Source of the DNA: Paramoeba atlantica
Lineage: Eukaryota > Protista > Discosea
Length of the DNA stretch: 44,027 nucleotides
Direction: 5' to 3'
Assembly (NCBI GenBank): GCA_977017575.1
Contig: CDRNVI010000175.1
Coordinates: 1 to 44,027 of the forward strand
The position numbers and the translations under genes were made by a program. The notes below the pieces were generated by a model. The model was not told the origin of the DNA and did not search any database. It was given only the letters and a program-made list of their open reading frames with translations. Below, piece after piece: positions 22,801 through 34,077 of the stretch (position 1 is its first letter; each line of letters opens with the position of its first letter).

Positions 22801-25800
22801 AAATGGCGGGGGATGATTGGAGGGCTTTGTAATAGAGATAGTCTTTCCCCTAAAAAAGATATGAATTCTTGAAATAAAAAGTAAATTTTTCCTTGGAAAA
22901 CTGAAAAACAAACCAAAAAAGATTTTGGATGAGGAACATCAATTTTCGCCCCCCTTTGGACTAAGAGTTGACAAACGTCCTCTCTCTTCTTTATAATTGC
23001 AATAGATAACGCAGTCTCTTCCTCCGTTTGTAGTTCATTCACATCTCCTTCCCATTTATCCAAAACTCCCTCCACAACATCTCTCCATCCTCTCTCACAA
23101 ACATGATATAATACAGATTTTTCCTCCAAAGAAACGATATTTGGATTTACTTCTTCATGTCCCATTAAAAGAAGGGCTATTTCAGATAAACCAGAAGAGA
23201 TCGAAAGAGTGAGAGGGTTTAGATTTGTGAGTGGTTCAATTTTGTTAACATTTGGCACATTGTGAGAGAGGAGAAGAGAAACAATCTGGGGAGAATTGAG
23301 TTTACAGGCGTGGTACAAGGGAGTATAGGGTTCCTATGATTTTTTTGTTAATGAATTGTGAAAGAAAAATGGGATTTTGAGAAAAAAGAAGAACGTTTTC
23401 TGGTAATAGAAGATCCATCTTAACTCCCCAATCCAATAAAACTTCACAAACTTCGACTCTCTTCTTCTTAATCGCAATCCCCAAACAATTATATCCATTT
23501 TTCTCAACGAAATTCAAATCTAAAGTGTATTTTGGGAGAATGAGAGAAAGAATTTCATGATCTCCTGACTTCGAAACTTGAAATGGGATTGAAATCTCTC
23601 CCTTTGGAAAAGAAATAAATTGCTTGAGATACAAGAAACTATTTTGAGTGAGAAAATCAATGAAATAAAACTTTGAGAGAGATATTAGGATCCGCTCCCG
23701 CTTCCAAAAGAAGCCTGACCATTTCTAAATTTCTTTTTCGAACGGCAATTCCAAGTGGGTCATAGTGGTTCTGAGACAAGGATTTAAAAGGGAAATTCAA
23801 AACATCGAAATTTGAGGAATAAATCAACCTTGTCAATTGGATCAGCACCATGCGCAAGAAGAACGCTTAATAAAGAGACATGTTCATGTTTGACTGCTTT
23901 GGCCAACAAAGACTTTCCATCCTGTAATCATATCATTTATTCTCCTCTCAGATTTCTTTTCATTTTCAAAATTAGGAAAACTTACAGGATATCTCAAACT
24001 CCTTAACTCTTCAGGAGAGATTTTTTCGTACAAAAGAGAAACGATTGGTTCTGCGTTTTTTCGTACTGCAAGAAGAAGAGGACCAAAATTATTTTTTCGA
24101 GCAACATCCTAAAATATATTTGATTGAGAAACAAGAGAAAGAAAAAAAAAAGAAAAAAACCAAAACCGAAAATTCGAGTAATGGATTCGCTCCAAAAGCC
24201 AAAAGGTCAGAAACAACTCTTTTAATAGTTTCTAAAATCAGAGGTTGGTTTCTTCCTTCAAATTCTTTTTTCCATTCCATGATTGCAACTGTGAGTGGGC
24301 AAATCTGGTCTGGGGAACATAGATGTATTTCATTTGGATTTAAGCCTTGATTCAAAAGATATAGACAAAGTTCTCCATTTCTTTGTCTTATGGCTTGAAA
24401 AATCGCCGATTCCCCTTCCTGATTGAAGAAATGTCAGAAACCAAAAGAAAAGAGAGAAAGAAAAGAAGAAGAAACCGGCATTTTATAATCAGAACAAACA
24501 GAATATTCTTTGAAAAGTTTGAGCATTTCGATGTCACCTTGTTGAACAGCCATTTGTAATGCCGAACAATTTCCCTTTTCATTCCCAGTCATTTTCTTTG
24601 ATTGACTTTGTTTGGTTGTAGTAAAAAATGGAAAAAATCTACCTTTGTTAATTTTTCAGGTTTTCCTCCTTTCTCAAGGAAAATTCTCATAATATTCACT
24701 AAACCTTTTGCAACAGCAATATGCATTGGGTTCACACCTCCCTAAAAAAAAATCAAGTGTGAATTTCTCAAAAACAAATTCCTTTGAAAATCCAGAAGAT
24801 TTTTAATCACCTTGTCACCTTGGGAAGGCTTAGCACCATAGCCAAGTAAGATAGAAACAATGTCCTCTCTTTCTTCATACACAGCCAAACTTAAAGGGAG
24901 CCACACTTTCTTTTATGAGAAAGGAAGGATCAGCAAAGGTGAAATTGTTAAATTATTTCTATGAATTTTTTGGAATTCTTAATCACTTAATTTCAATAAA
25001 AAAAAAGTAGAAAACCATATTTAAATCTAGTTGTGGTCTATAACCAGATGGAGGAATACTTCTCCGAACAACCCCATACCTCAATCTTTTCTTTGTTGGT
25101 TTTACTCCAAGTTTTAAGAAATAAATAACCGTTTCTGGTAAATTTGCTGAGATTGCAATGCACAGTGGCGTTTTACCTTCCTGTTGAAAGAAATTGAATG
25201 AATTGGAAAAATAAAAGAGAAAGAGAAAGAGAAGGGAGAGAGTACTGTGTCTGGTTCATCATAAGGGACCCCATTTTCACAAAGAACTCGAAGTAGAGAA
25301 GGGTCATCAGCCATTATTGCTTCATGACATAACTCCTTTTCCTATATCAAAAAAATTCTCATCAGAACTGCGCTTTTGGGAAGTTAAAAAGGAGAGACTT
25401 CTCGAGCTGTTGAAGAACTTGCTTTGACAACTGCTTCAAGTATTTGGGGATTTCCTAGATGTAACGCGGATCGCAGTGTTGACTCTTCTCGTGGCTGTGA
25501 GAAAACAAAAATGACATTCTGTTCTCATACTCTTTGAAAAATAAGATACCGGGTGATGAGCAGGGGATGCACCAAATTTAATTAAGAGATTTACAATCTC
25601 TACATCTTCATTTGCAATCGCTTTTCTCAAAGGAGTTGAACCAATCTAATATTAGGTTTGAATTGAGGGATTCATTTTTTAAATAACATGACTGAATAAT
25701 CAAAATATTATACCTCTTCTTCATCAGGAATTAGTTCACCAAGTGGAAAAGGAGACAAATCAGGGTTCACTTTTGCTTCCAATAATTTTTTTACAATTTC

Positions 25801-26693
25801 TCTGTGGCCTCGTTTGCAAGCTTCGTAGAGGGGAGTGACTTGGTTCTGTCATCAAAGAACAAATTAGAGAAGACTCTTCAAAGAACAGAGATCGCAATTA
25901 AGGAGAAGAAAGAAAAAACCCAAGAAGCTAAATGAGGATCAGCCCCAACTCTCAAAAGTAAGTTAAGGATGTCTAAATGGTTAGTGGCTGCAATGACATG
26001 ACAAATTGTTTTTCCAGTCTGGCAAATATGATTCAGAATCATATTTCTTTTCAATCTCCGCCACTCTTTCTTTCTTGCTTTCTCTATTTTTGATTCACAC
26101 AACAAACCTTATTTCGAAGATTTAAGAGTTCAGGATGAGCAGTCAAAAGTGAAGTCATTTTCGCCTGATCTCCTTCTCGTCCAGCTTCTTCAAGTTCTTG
26201 TTTTTTTTGCTTTTTTTAAGAAGAGGAATCAAAAGTCAAGAAACTAAAGTGAAACCTGACAATAAGCGATCCTCAGCTGCTTCTTGCATACTCATTGTCA
26301 TGTCCACCTTGAAAGAAAGAAAGAAAACTCAACAAAAAAAACAAAAGGGGAAGAGGAGTGAGGACGAACCTGCATTTGTCGACAGTATTGACCCACAAGA
26401 GATTTAAAAGCTTGAAAATCAAAGAGACCTCCAGGGTATTGGCAATGAGTCAAAACAGTCTTCATCATCTTCTCATTAATTGGGAGATGTTGTTGTTTTG
26501 CGAGCTGTGTTAAAAATTTCTTTGCCTAAAAAGACAACAATCGATCAGAAGAGAGAGAAAGAGAGAGAAAGAAAAAGAAGATTCAAAAAACATCTTTCAT
26601 CACAATAAACTGCTTGCTCCCATGAGATTTTTTCCACAACTCTTCAACAACAGCAGAAGAAAGTGTTCCCACTTTCGAGTGAGATTTTCCCAT
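19856..26693 (-). CDS. Large multi-exon ankyrin-repeat protein (about 20 or more repeats) with N-terminal myristoylation motif
   Basis: ATG 26693 MGKSHSK; repeats such as VTPLYEACKRGHREIVKKLLEAKVNP, STPLRKAIANEDVEIVNLLIKFGASP, YTPLYHACKLNSPQIVSLLL, ETALSIAIIKKREDVCQLLVQRGAK, RIPLRVACERGDVEMVKILIEKGAD, GFTPLMNLC; acidic/basic tail ending PRTEED* at 19856. Single-gene continuity not verified exon by exon. Confidence 0.72.
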
Positions 26694-26893
26694 CGCCCAA
26701 ACACAAAACACAAAACACAAAACACAAAACACAAAAAACAATTTAGGAAAAGCTAAATTTAGCCCAAAAGGCTAAATTTTTTATCACAAAGTTTGACAAA
26801 GTTGGTGAGGAGTTCTTCTTTATTTGATTGTCACAAAAAGAGAAAGAGTCAATTGAAGAAGAAATTTGAGGAATTTTGAAAAGTTGGAGAGAG

Positions 26894-29800
26894 TTAAGTG
26901 CAAAAGGAATAGCAATCAACCTCTGGATGTTGAGTCTGTTTTCAGAGATGAAATTAGGATGATCAATCTTTTCTGTTTTGGAAAGAAAACTTCTTACCGG
27001 AAAAGCGGAGATTGGTGACATCTCAGGAATATCAGGACATTTACTAAAACTTGTATGACTACAATATGTCTTTGTGGAGGATGTTCCCTCATACCAACAA
27101 CAAGTAAAAAAAGGAAGTGGAGTTGGGGTTGGAACTGAAGTTGGTGTTGGAGTTGGTGTTGGAGTTGGAAAGGGAACTGGAGTTGGGGTTGGAACTGAAG
27201 TTGGAGTTGGTGTTGGAGTTGGAGTTGGGGTTGGATTTGGTGTAGGTGTAGGTGTAGGTGTTGGTGTTGGTGTTGGTGGGCGGGTTGGGGTGGGAGTTGG
27301 GGTTGGAGTTGGAGTTGGAGTTGGAGTAGGAGTTGGGGTTGGGGTTGGAGTTGGAGATGGAGAAGGGAGATGGATGACTTTGGAGACAACAGCGATAACT
27401 TTCCAAAGCTAGAAAAAAATTTCAAAGATGAGCCATGAATCCCTCGTTTCGAAATATCAAAAAAATAACCTCTAATTTTCCTTCATTTCCACCAATTTCA
27501 TCTGCAATCTCTAAAGTCCACGAACCTATTCAAAAGAAAATTGATCTCAAAATTGATTTCAAACTCAAATAGAGGGAAAGAGAAAAAACCTCGGACATCT
27601 TCACCCCAATACCAAGAACAAAAAAATCCATACCCAGATTCATAAGCATTTCCCTTGTTGAAATTGTCAAAAAAAAAGAAGGAAAAATGAAAGAAATGAG
27701 AAAAAAGGAGATACAGAGGGAAGGGAAACTTTTGGAGTTCCAATATGAGTTGCAAGAGGAGCAGGAGGAAGTTTCAACATGTCCCTACAAAAGAAAAACA
27801 GAATATATTTTTTTAAATGAAGAAAAAAAGAAGGAAATGAAAAGAATTCCAAACCAAATCTGTTCAGAAGAAACAAACCAAAATGGGATTTTGATTGTTG
27901 GAGGTTTTTCTTTAAACCCCTCATCTTTTGTTTTTTTTTGTTAATTGAAAAGAGTCTTTTTTCAAAAATGAATAAAAAATTGAGAAACCAATAAAAAAGG
28001 CGTCAGGAACAAATCCCGAAAGTTCAGAATAAAGACCAACGTTTTCTATGACTGTTGAAAGAAAACAAGCCCTAAAGAAAGAAAAAAAAAGATGAAAAAA
28101 AGGAGTGAAAATTGCTATTCAGGAATAGAGAAAACCTTGTGTGGGGAATGATCAGAACATGGGCAGAAGTTCCAACTCTGAAAAAAAAGAAATTAATATT
28201 TTGTTTAACATTTTTAACTCAGAAAAGAAAGAGCCAAAAAACTTTTCTTTGAGAGCAAATCGACAAGATTCATAAAAACAACAAGAATCCGCATTCACCA
28301 TCAAGTGCCTAAAAAATATTTTCATGAGAATGAGAAATGAAAGAGAAGAAAAAAATATGAGAACCTGTTGGTGGGGAAAGAGAAATAGACCATATCAAAA
28401 CTTTTCACTCGAAATATGGAAACTGGACAAGAAAAAAAAAAGAAATTGGAAGTGAGAATGAACAAAGAGAAGGAGAATCAAAATAAAAAGAGAGGGAAAG
28501 GAATTAAAACGTGCAGTGCCAGCTGTCAAGCGATAGATTTTATTTTGAACCTCAAGAGAGACCTAAAAGAAAGTCAGTCGAGCAGTCAGGGGGAAAAATT
28601 CTGTGAAGAAAAAAATAAAAAGTTACATGGCCATCAGTGGTTGGGAGTCCAATGACTGATTCTGTCCCCGCTGACTTTTGTAAAACACATTCAGTCCCAC
28701 TTTTTTAAAATGTTAAGAATAAGTATCTTGAATTTTGTAAAAAAAAAAGAATGAAAAAAGACCTTGGAGAAAATAATTTGATTGATAAATCGCTAACAGC
28801 TGGATGCGAAATCCTCACTCTGAGGGAGACAGTCTCTGCATAATTGTCCTCGAATTCTTGAAGTAAAAAGATGGAGAGAAGATTTTTAGAAAGAAGAAAA
28901 GAAAAGAAAAATAAAAGGGAAGAAGAAAGAAGACAAAAACCTGATGCCATATAGTTTGACAACCTAATTACTTCAAAATCTTTGATTGGGGTTTCGGTTG
29001 CGTCTTCAATTGTCAAAGTCTAAAAATAAAAAAAGAGGTCAGAAAGAATTCATTTTTCGAAAAGATCTTCCAAAAACACGAATTACCTTGAAACCAGTGA
29101 TTCTTTTCCAGCTTTCCCCAAATTTAACTTCTTCAAGTGCAGCAGTGGCATTAACCATTCCTAATCCAAGCTAAAAAAAACGAAATTCAACAATCACATC
29201 CTCCATTTGAAAAGAAAAAAAAAGAAAACAAACATAAGGATGATATTTTTGTCCTGCTCCATTTCGATGCCAAATATTTTCTTTTGAATGATACGAGGTC
29301 TCTATCTGAAAAAAAAGGAAATCAGAAAAGAGCAAATGAACCACCAGAACTGATGATGTTAAAAGAAAGGATGAGAAAAAAACCAAAATTTGGCGAATTT
29401 GTTGGACTGTCAACGGTTCATCTGCTGCCTCTTGCATTAAAGCAACAACTCCACCTAAAAGAAAGAGAAATTCATTCTGGAACTAATAAACTTTTTTCTC
29501 AAAGCAGTTATGACAAGATTGACAGATTTCAAAATAGAGCTCAAAAAATAGCCCCCTGTTATTGAAAATGAACTTACCAACAAAAGAAGCGGCGATAAGA
29601 GAACCATAAGCATGGAGGCACTTATTTTCTGAGAGAGAAGGGAGAGTCAATCGATTTTCTGCTGAGCCTCCAGGTGCAGAAACCAACTGAAAGATATTAG
29701 AGTAAATGAATTTTCAATTCACATTTGAAATTTTGTTTCTTTTCTTTTGAATTGAGAACGAACCGCTGCTGAACAAAACTCAGAATCGGGAGAAACTTTC

Positions 29801-30877
29801 CCATTTTCAAGGTGTGAACCAACTGTGACTCCCCATGGAGAAACAGATCGCCCATCAAAATTGCAGTTATCTCCAACTCTCCCTCCGTCTCCTACAATAA
29901 GAAGTGAGGGAAAGAGAAGAGAAAGAGAAAAGAGAAAAGAGAAAAGAGAATACCTGCTGGGTGAAGGACAAGTCGATTCTTTTTTTTGGCAAGGTTGACT
30001 GAGTCGAAACAGACGGAACCTTTTTAGATAAAAAGTCAATTTTCAAAATTATTATTGGATCAGAAAGAGGAAAAAAGAAAACAAACATGGATAACGATTT
30101 TCAGGAGTGTCCTCTCCACGTAAATGAACAAGATAAAAATCTGTTGAATTCTCATAATCCAAGTCCTCAGTAATAAAAGTTAAATCACTTGTGTCCTTTG
30201 GAGAATGAATGGTCAATGAAGAATAAAAAGGATTCTTTTCTCTTTTTCAAGTTCCTTTCTTCTTCTTTCCACAAAATAAAAGGTTTCTTTTACCCGATGA
30301 GATCCAAGGAGAGAGTATTGAGCACCAACAGCAACCCCCCTTGCACAATGCTTTCCTTTTCCAACTGAAAAATATTGTTGTTTAGTTGTTTCTCAGTTGT
30401 TTCTTTTTTTCTTTGTTTTGCTTATTTAAAAGATACCTGCGGCACTTGCAGCCAGAGTAACATGGAGGATTGGTCTATATGCTCCCATGAGACTTACCTT
30501 TGGGAAGAAAGGCAGGAGAGAATGGTCAGGTGAATAAAGAGAAAAGAGAAAAGAGAGAAAGAAGAGAAAAAAGAAATCGAAAAGGAAACCTCAGTATTTA
30601 ATTGATTTTGAAGATCTTCGTGTTGAGGTTCATATTGTTCACCACCATACATACCGATTGTGATCCTTCTTTTCTTCGATGGGGGAACGTCTCCAACACA
30701 AAGCCCACCTTGAAAAAGAAAGAAAGAAATCTTATGCGAAGAAAGAGAGAAGAAAAAAATAAAACAAATACCTGGTTGACACCCAAGATGCCAGGTTGGA
30801 GGAGGACCGGCCTCATCTTCCCCATGAGCGAGGAAAAAGAGGTTGATAGAGATTAGAAAAAAGAGAACAGAGGACAT
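26894..30877 (-). CDS. Secreted kexin/furin-like (S8B + P domain) protein 1, predicted catalytically dead; PT stalk and Cys-rich tail
   Basis: Signal peptide [19 protein letters not shown]; WHL; PAG|[27 protein letters not shown]; [20 protein letters not shown]; [10 protein letters not shown]; P domain [18 protein letters not shown]...[13 protein letters not shown]|SWTLEIADE; (PT)n; CCWY..C..CP...DCYSFCT* at 26894. Confidence 0.82.
27113..27367 (-). repeat. Hexamer tandem repeat (CCAACN)n encoding a Pro-Thr stalk
   Basis: Plus strand (G/T)GTTGG units; minus-strand translation [10 protein letters not shown]...[15 protein letters not shown]...[10 protein letters not shown] with an internal ~60 bp duplication. 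Confidence 0.9.
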
Positions 30878-31087
30878 CTTCTCTCTCTTTTTCTCTTTTC
30901 TCTTTTTTCGCTCTCCACCAAAAAACGAACCACGAAAGAAAAAGACGTTTCTATTTTTGGAAATTTTTGGTTTATTAAATTATCCATATTTAGTAATTTT
31001 GGTTGTTTCTTTTTTGTTTCTCGCCTTTGGTGGTTGCTTGACCGTTTTTTTGTTCTTTTTTCTCTCTCTCGTCGCGTTTGGTTTTCG
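30878..31087. promoter_or_regulatory. Short head-to-head intergenic, probable bidirectional promoter (convertase-like 1 / CRIB-like gene)
   Basis: Divergent ATGs at 30877 (-) and 31088 (+) are 210 bp apart; no specific motif identified. Confidence 0.4.
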
Positions 31088-33933
31088 ATGAAGGGTTTGT
31101 GGGGGAGCCGAAAGCAAAACTTGCCCCTCATTTCTCCTCCAACTAATTTTCGAGATTTAACTGCGGGTGAAGACGTCGAAGAAGAGCCCATTGCTCTCGA
31201 TGATGAAGGAAGAGAGAAAGAGAAAGAAAAAGAGAAAGAGAAAGAAGAAGACAAAGAAAAAGAAGAAGACAAAGAGAAAGAGAAAGTAGAAGACAAAGAA
31301 CCGTTGGAGCTGTCTCCCAGAGGCCCAGCATTGAATTCCAATATTGAACGTTGGAAAGTCGAGAGCGACGATTTTTCAGATCTTGTCGACGCTCTCAATC
31401 TCGATCCTCCAAAAAGAAAGAAAAAAAGAAAGAAGAAGAAAGAAGTTAAAAGTTCGGGAACAGCAAGAAGAGAAAGACTTCCGACTTCTTCTTCAAGACT
31501 CTCTCGAATTTCAGCGATCCCCAAAGAAGATGAAAAGAAGAGAAGTAAAACTCCAAAGAAAATGGGTTTTGATTTTTTTTTTCGTTTCTTTTCTTTTCTC
31601 TCTCTCTCTCTTTTGTCCTGACAATTACGATTAGAGACGAGATCGACTTCGAGAATTCCTCACGCTTCTGTGGAGATTCACCGCCTAATGCTTGATGTTT
31701 CTTTGGAGGAGCTCCCAAGTATCGAACCTGAAGAAGAACAGAAAAAGGAAGAAGAGGAAGGAGGGAAGGGAGGAGGAGTGGAAGAGAAGGAAGAGAGGGA
31801 AGAGAAGAACCACAAAGTTGAGAAGAGAAGAAAGAGAGGTTCCTCTATGAGTAGTACCACTCGAATTGCAACAACTCAAACATTACATCAACTCGTCCAA
31901 GGAAAAGGGGATTCGTTTGAAAAGAAAGAGATGAGAAGAACACAAACTATGAAAGAGAAAGACAAAAAAAGATTGAGCGCAAGTTCGAGAGGGAAACTAG
32001 AGAATGAGAAAGTCTCTAAAGTAAAAGAGAAGATTTCGATGCTGGCAGAAGAGGATTTCTTCTCTGATAGTCCTCAGGTTTTTTTTTTGAATTTCAAAAC
32101 AATTCAATTTTTTGTGCGTGACACTATGTCAGAGTTGTCTTTTGAATTGAGTTTCAATTTGTTTTTAGGTGGATCGGAGATGTTTGTCTGCTCGATCTTT
32201 GAAAGATGGAAAAGAAAAAGAAAAAGAGGATCAGGAGAAAGAAAAAGCGAAGGAAAATGAAAAAGAAAGAGGCCAAGAGCAAGAAAAAGTAAAAAGGAAA
32301 GAAAAAGAAAAAGAAAAAGAAAAAGAAACAGAAAAAGAAAAAGAAAAAGAAAAAGCAAAAGAAGAGAAAGAAAAAGAATTAAGCACTCCCAAACTTCGAA
32401 GAAAAATAACTCTTTCCAAAATGAAAGGAAAAGACGAGAAAGAAAAGAAAAAAGACGAGAAGAGAAGAGGAATTCGATCTTTCATCTCAAGCTCTCACCT
32501 CTCAGAAAAATTCAATCGAGAAAAAGATAGAGAAAAAGAAGAGAAAAAAGAGAGAAAAGATAGTGTAAGAAGAAGGAAAGAGGAAAGAAAAGAAGAAGAA
32601 AGAAAGAAAAAAGATGAAAAGATCAGAAAAGAAAAAGAAGAAACTTTGAGAAAAGAAAAAGAGGGAATAGAAGAAACTTTAAGAAAAGAAAGAGAAGAAA
32701 GAGAAGAACTAATCAGAAAAGAAAATGAAGAGAGAGAAGAAAGAAGAAAAGAAAGAGAGACTCTCTCTCTTCTCGTGCAACAATCAAATCAAAAATGTTT
32801 TGAAATGATTCAAAACCTCCACAATTTCGACGAAGAAGAGAGAGAAGAGAGAGAGAGAAATGGGGGAGAAGGAGAGAGAGAAGAGAGAAGAGAGAGAGAG
32901 AGAGAAATGTTGAAAGGAACGAAAGAAGGATTGTATGGTTTGTTGGCTGTGACTCAACAAATGCATAAATTATTAGAAGGAAAAGAGAGAGAAGAAGAAG
33001 AGATGGGAGAAGAGAGGGAGGAAGAAGGAAAAGAAGAGAGAGGGAAAAGAAAGGAGAAAGAAGAGAGAGAAGAAGGAAAGAGAGAAATTCAGTTTGCTTG
33101 TCCCCAAGAGAATCAGAAAGAAAAGAAAGAAGAGAAGGAGAGAAGAGAAGAAAAAGAGATCGGAGATGAGAAAGAGAAGGATAAAAGAGAGGAAACAGTA
33201 GTAGAAGCGAAAAAGGTGGAAATAAAAGAGAAAGAAAGAGAAATAAGACTAAAAGAAGAGAAAGAGAAAGAAGAGAAAAATGAAGAGAAAGAGAAAGAGA
33301 AAATAGAAGAGAAAAAAGAGAAAAAAGAGAAAAAAGAAGAAGAGAATGAAAGAAAGAAAGAAGAGAAAGAAGAAGAGAAGGAAGAAGAAGAAGAAGAAGA
33401 AGAAGGTTTGTCAATAATTCGAAAAAAGAAAATGTCGGAGAGACAAAGAGAATTCCAAGCTGGTGTACAAATGCGTGAGCGACCTCGATCTTTAGAACAA
33501 AACGAGTTTTGTTTCTTTTCTCTCTCACTCTCTCTTTTGATCTTTCTCTCTTCTTTCTCTCTCATCTCTCTTCTTTCTCTCTCATCTCTCTCCTTTCTCT
33601 CATCTCTCTTGTTTTTCTTTCTCTTGGATCTGGATTATTCTGTTCTTTGTCTCTTTCTTTAATTTATTCTTTTTATAATTGTTAATCTGAATTCTTATTT
33701 TCCAAACACAATTATCCCAAAAAACAAAAAACAAATTCATATCTCTTTAATTTAAATATATTTTATATCATAAAAAAAAATATATTTTCTTTCTCCAAAT
33801 TTGATAATTATTCATTTTTACAAATCTGTACAACAACAGCATCGATCGAAACCGAATCAGAGAAATCTTCCAATATTTTCACGCTCTCGAACGAAGAAAC
33901 ACTCTCACGAAAATCGAAAAAGAGGACGAATAA
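31088..33933 (+). CDS. Low-complexity K/E-rich coiled-coil protein with N-terminal CRIB-like motif
   Basis: MKGLWGSRKQNLPLISPPTNFRDL; ORFs 31034-31621, 31670-32260 and 32169-33662 link through GT-AG introns; last exon 33840-33933 DIDRNRIREIFQYFHALERRNTLTKIEKEDE*. Confidence 0.6.
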
Positions 33934-34077
33934 CTCTACTCTCTCTCTCCTTCCTCTCTTTCTCTCTCTCTCCTCTCCTCTCTTTCTCTCTCTTCTCTCT
34001 TTCTATCTTCTGATTTTTCTCTTTTCTCTCACGAAAAATGGAGCAAAATTGTTCTTGCTCAAATGTCCAGAAAATGG

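Noticed and set aside
26400-26693. EF-hand pair in the ankyrin protein N-terminus
   Set aside because: Helical spacing is suggestive but no canonical DxDxDG loop is present; not supportable by eye.
26743-26893. Extension of convertase-like 1 through ORF 26743-27021
   Set aside because: A GTAAG donor at 26997 and CAG acceptor at 26936 give a Cys-completing exon that stops at 26894.
27074-27412. Plus-strand (GV)n ORF and minus-strand Q/L or N/S ORFs
   Set aside because: Alternative frames of the hexamer repeat; the Pro-Thr frame is the one spliced in continuity with the P domain and Cys module.
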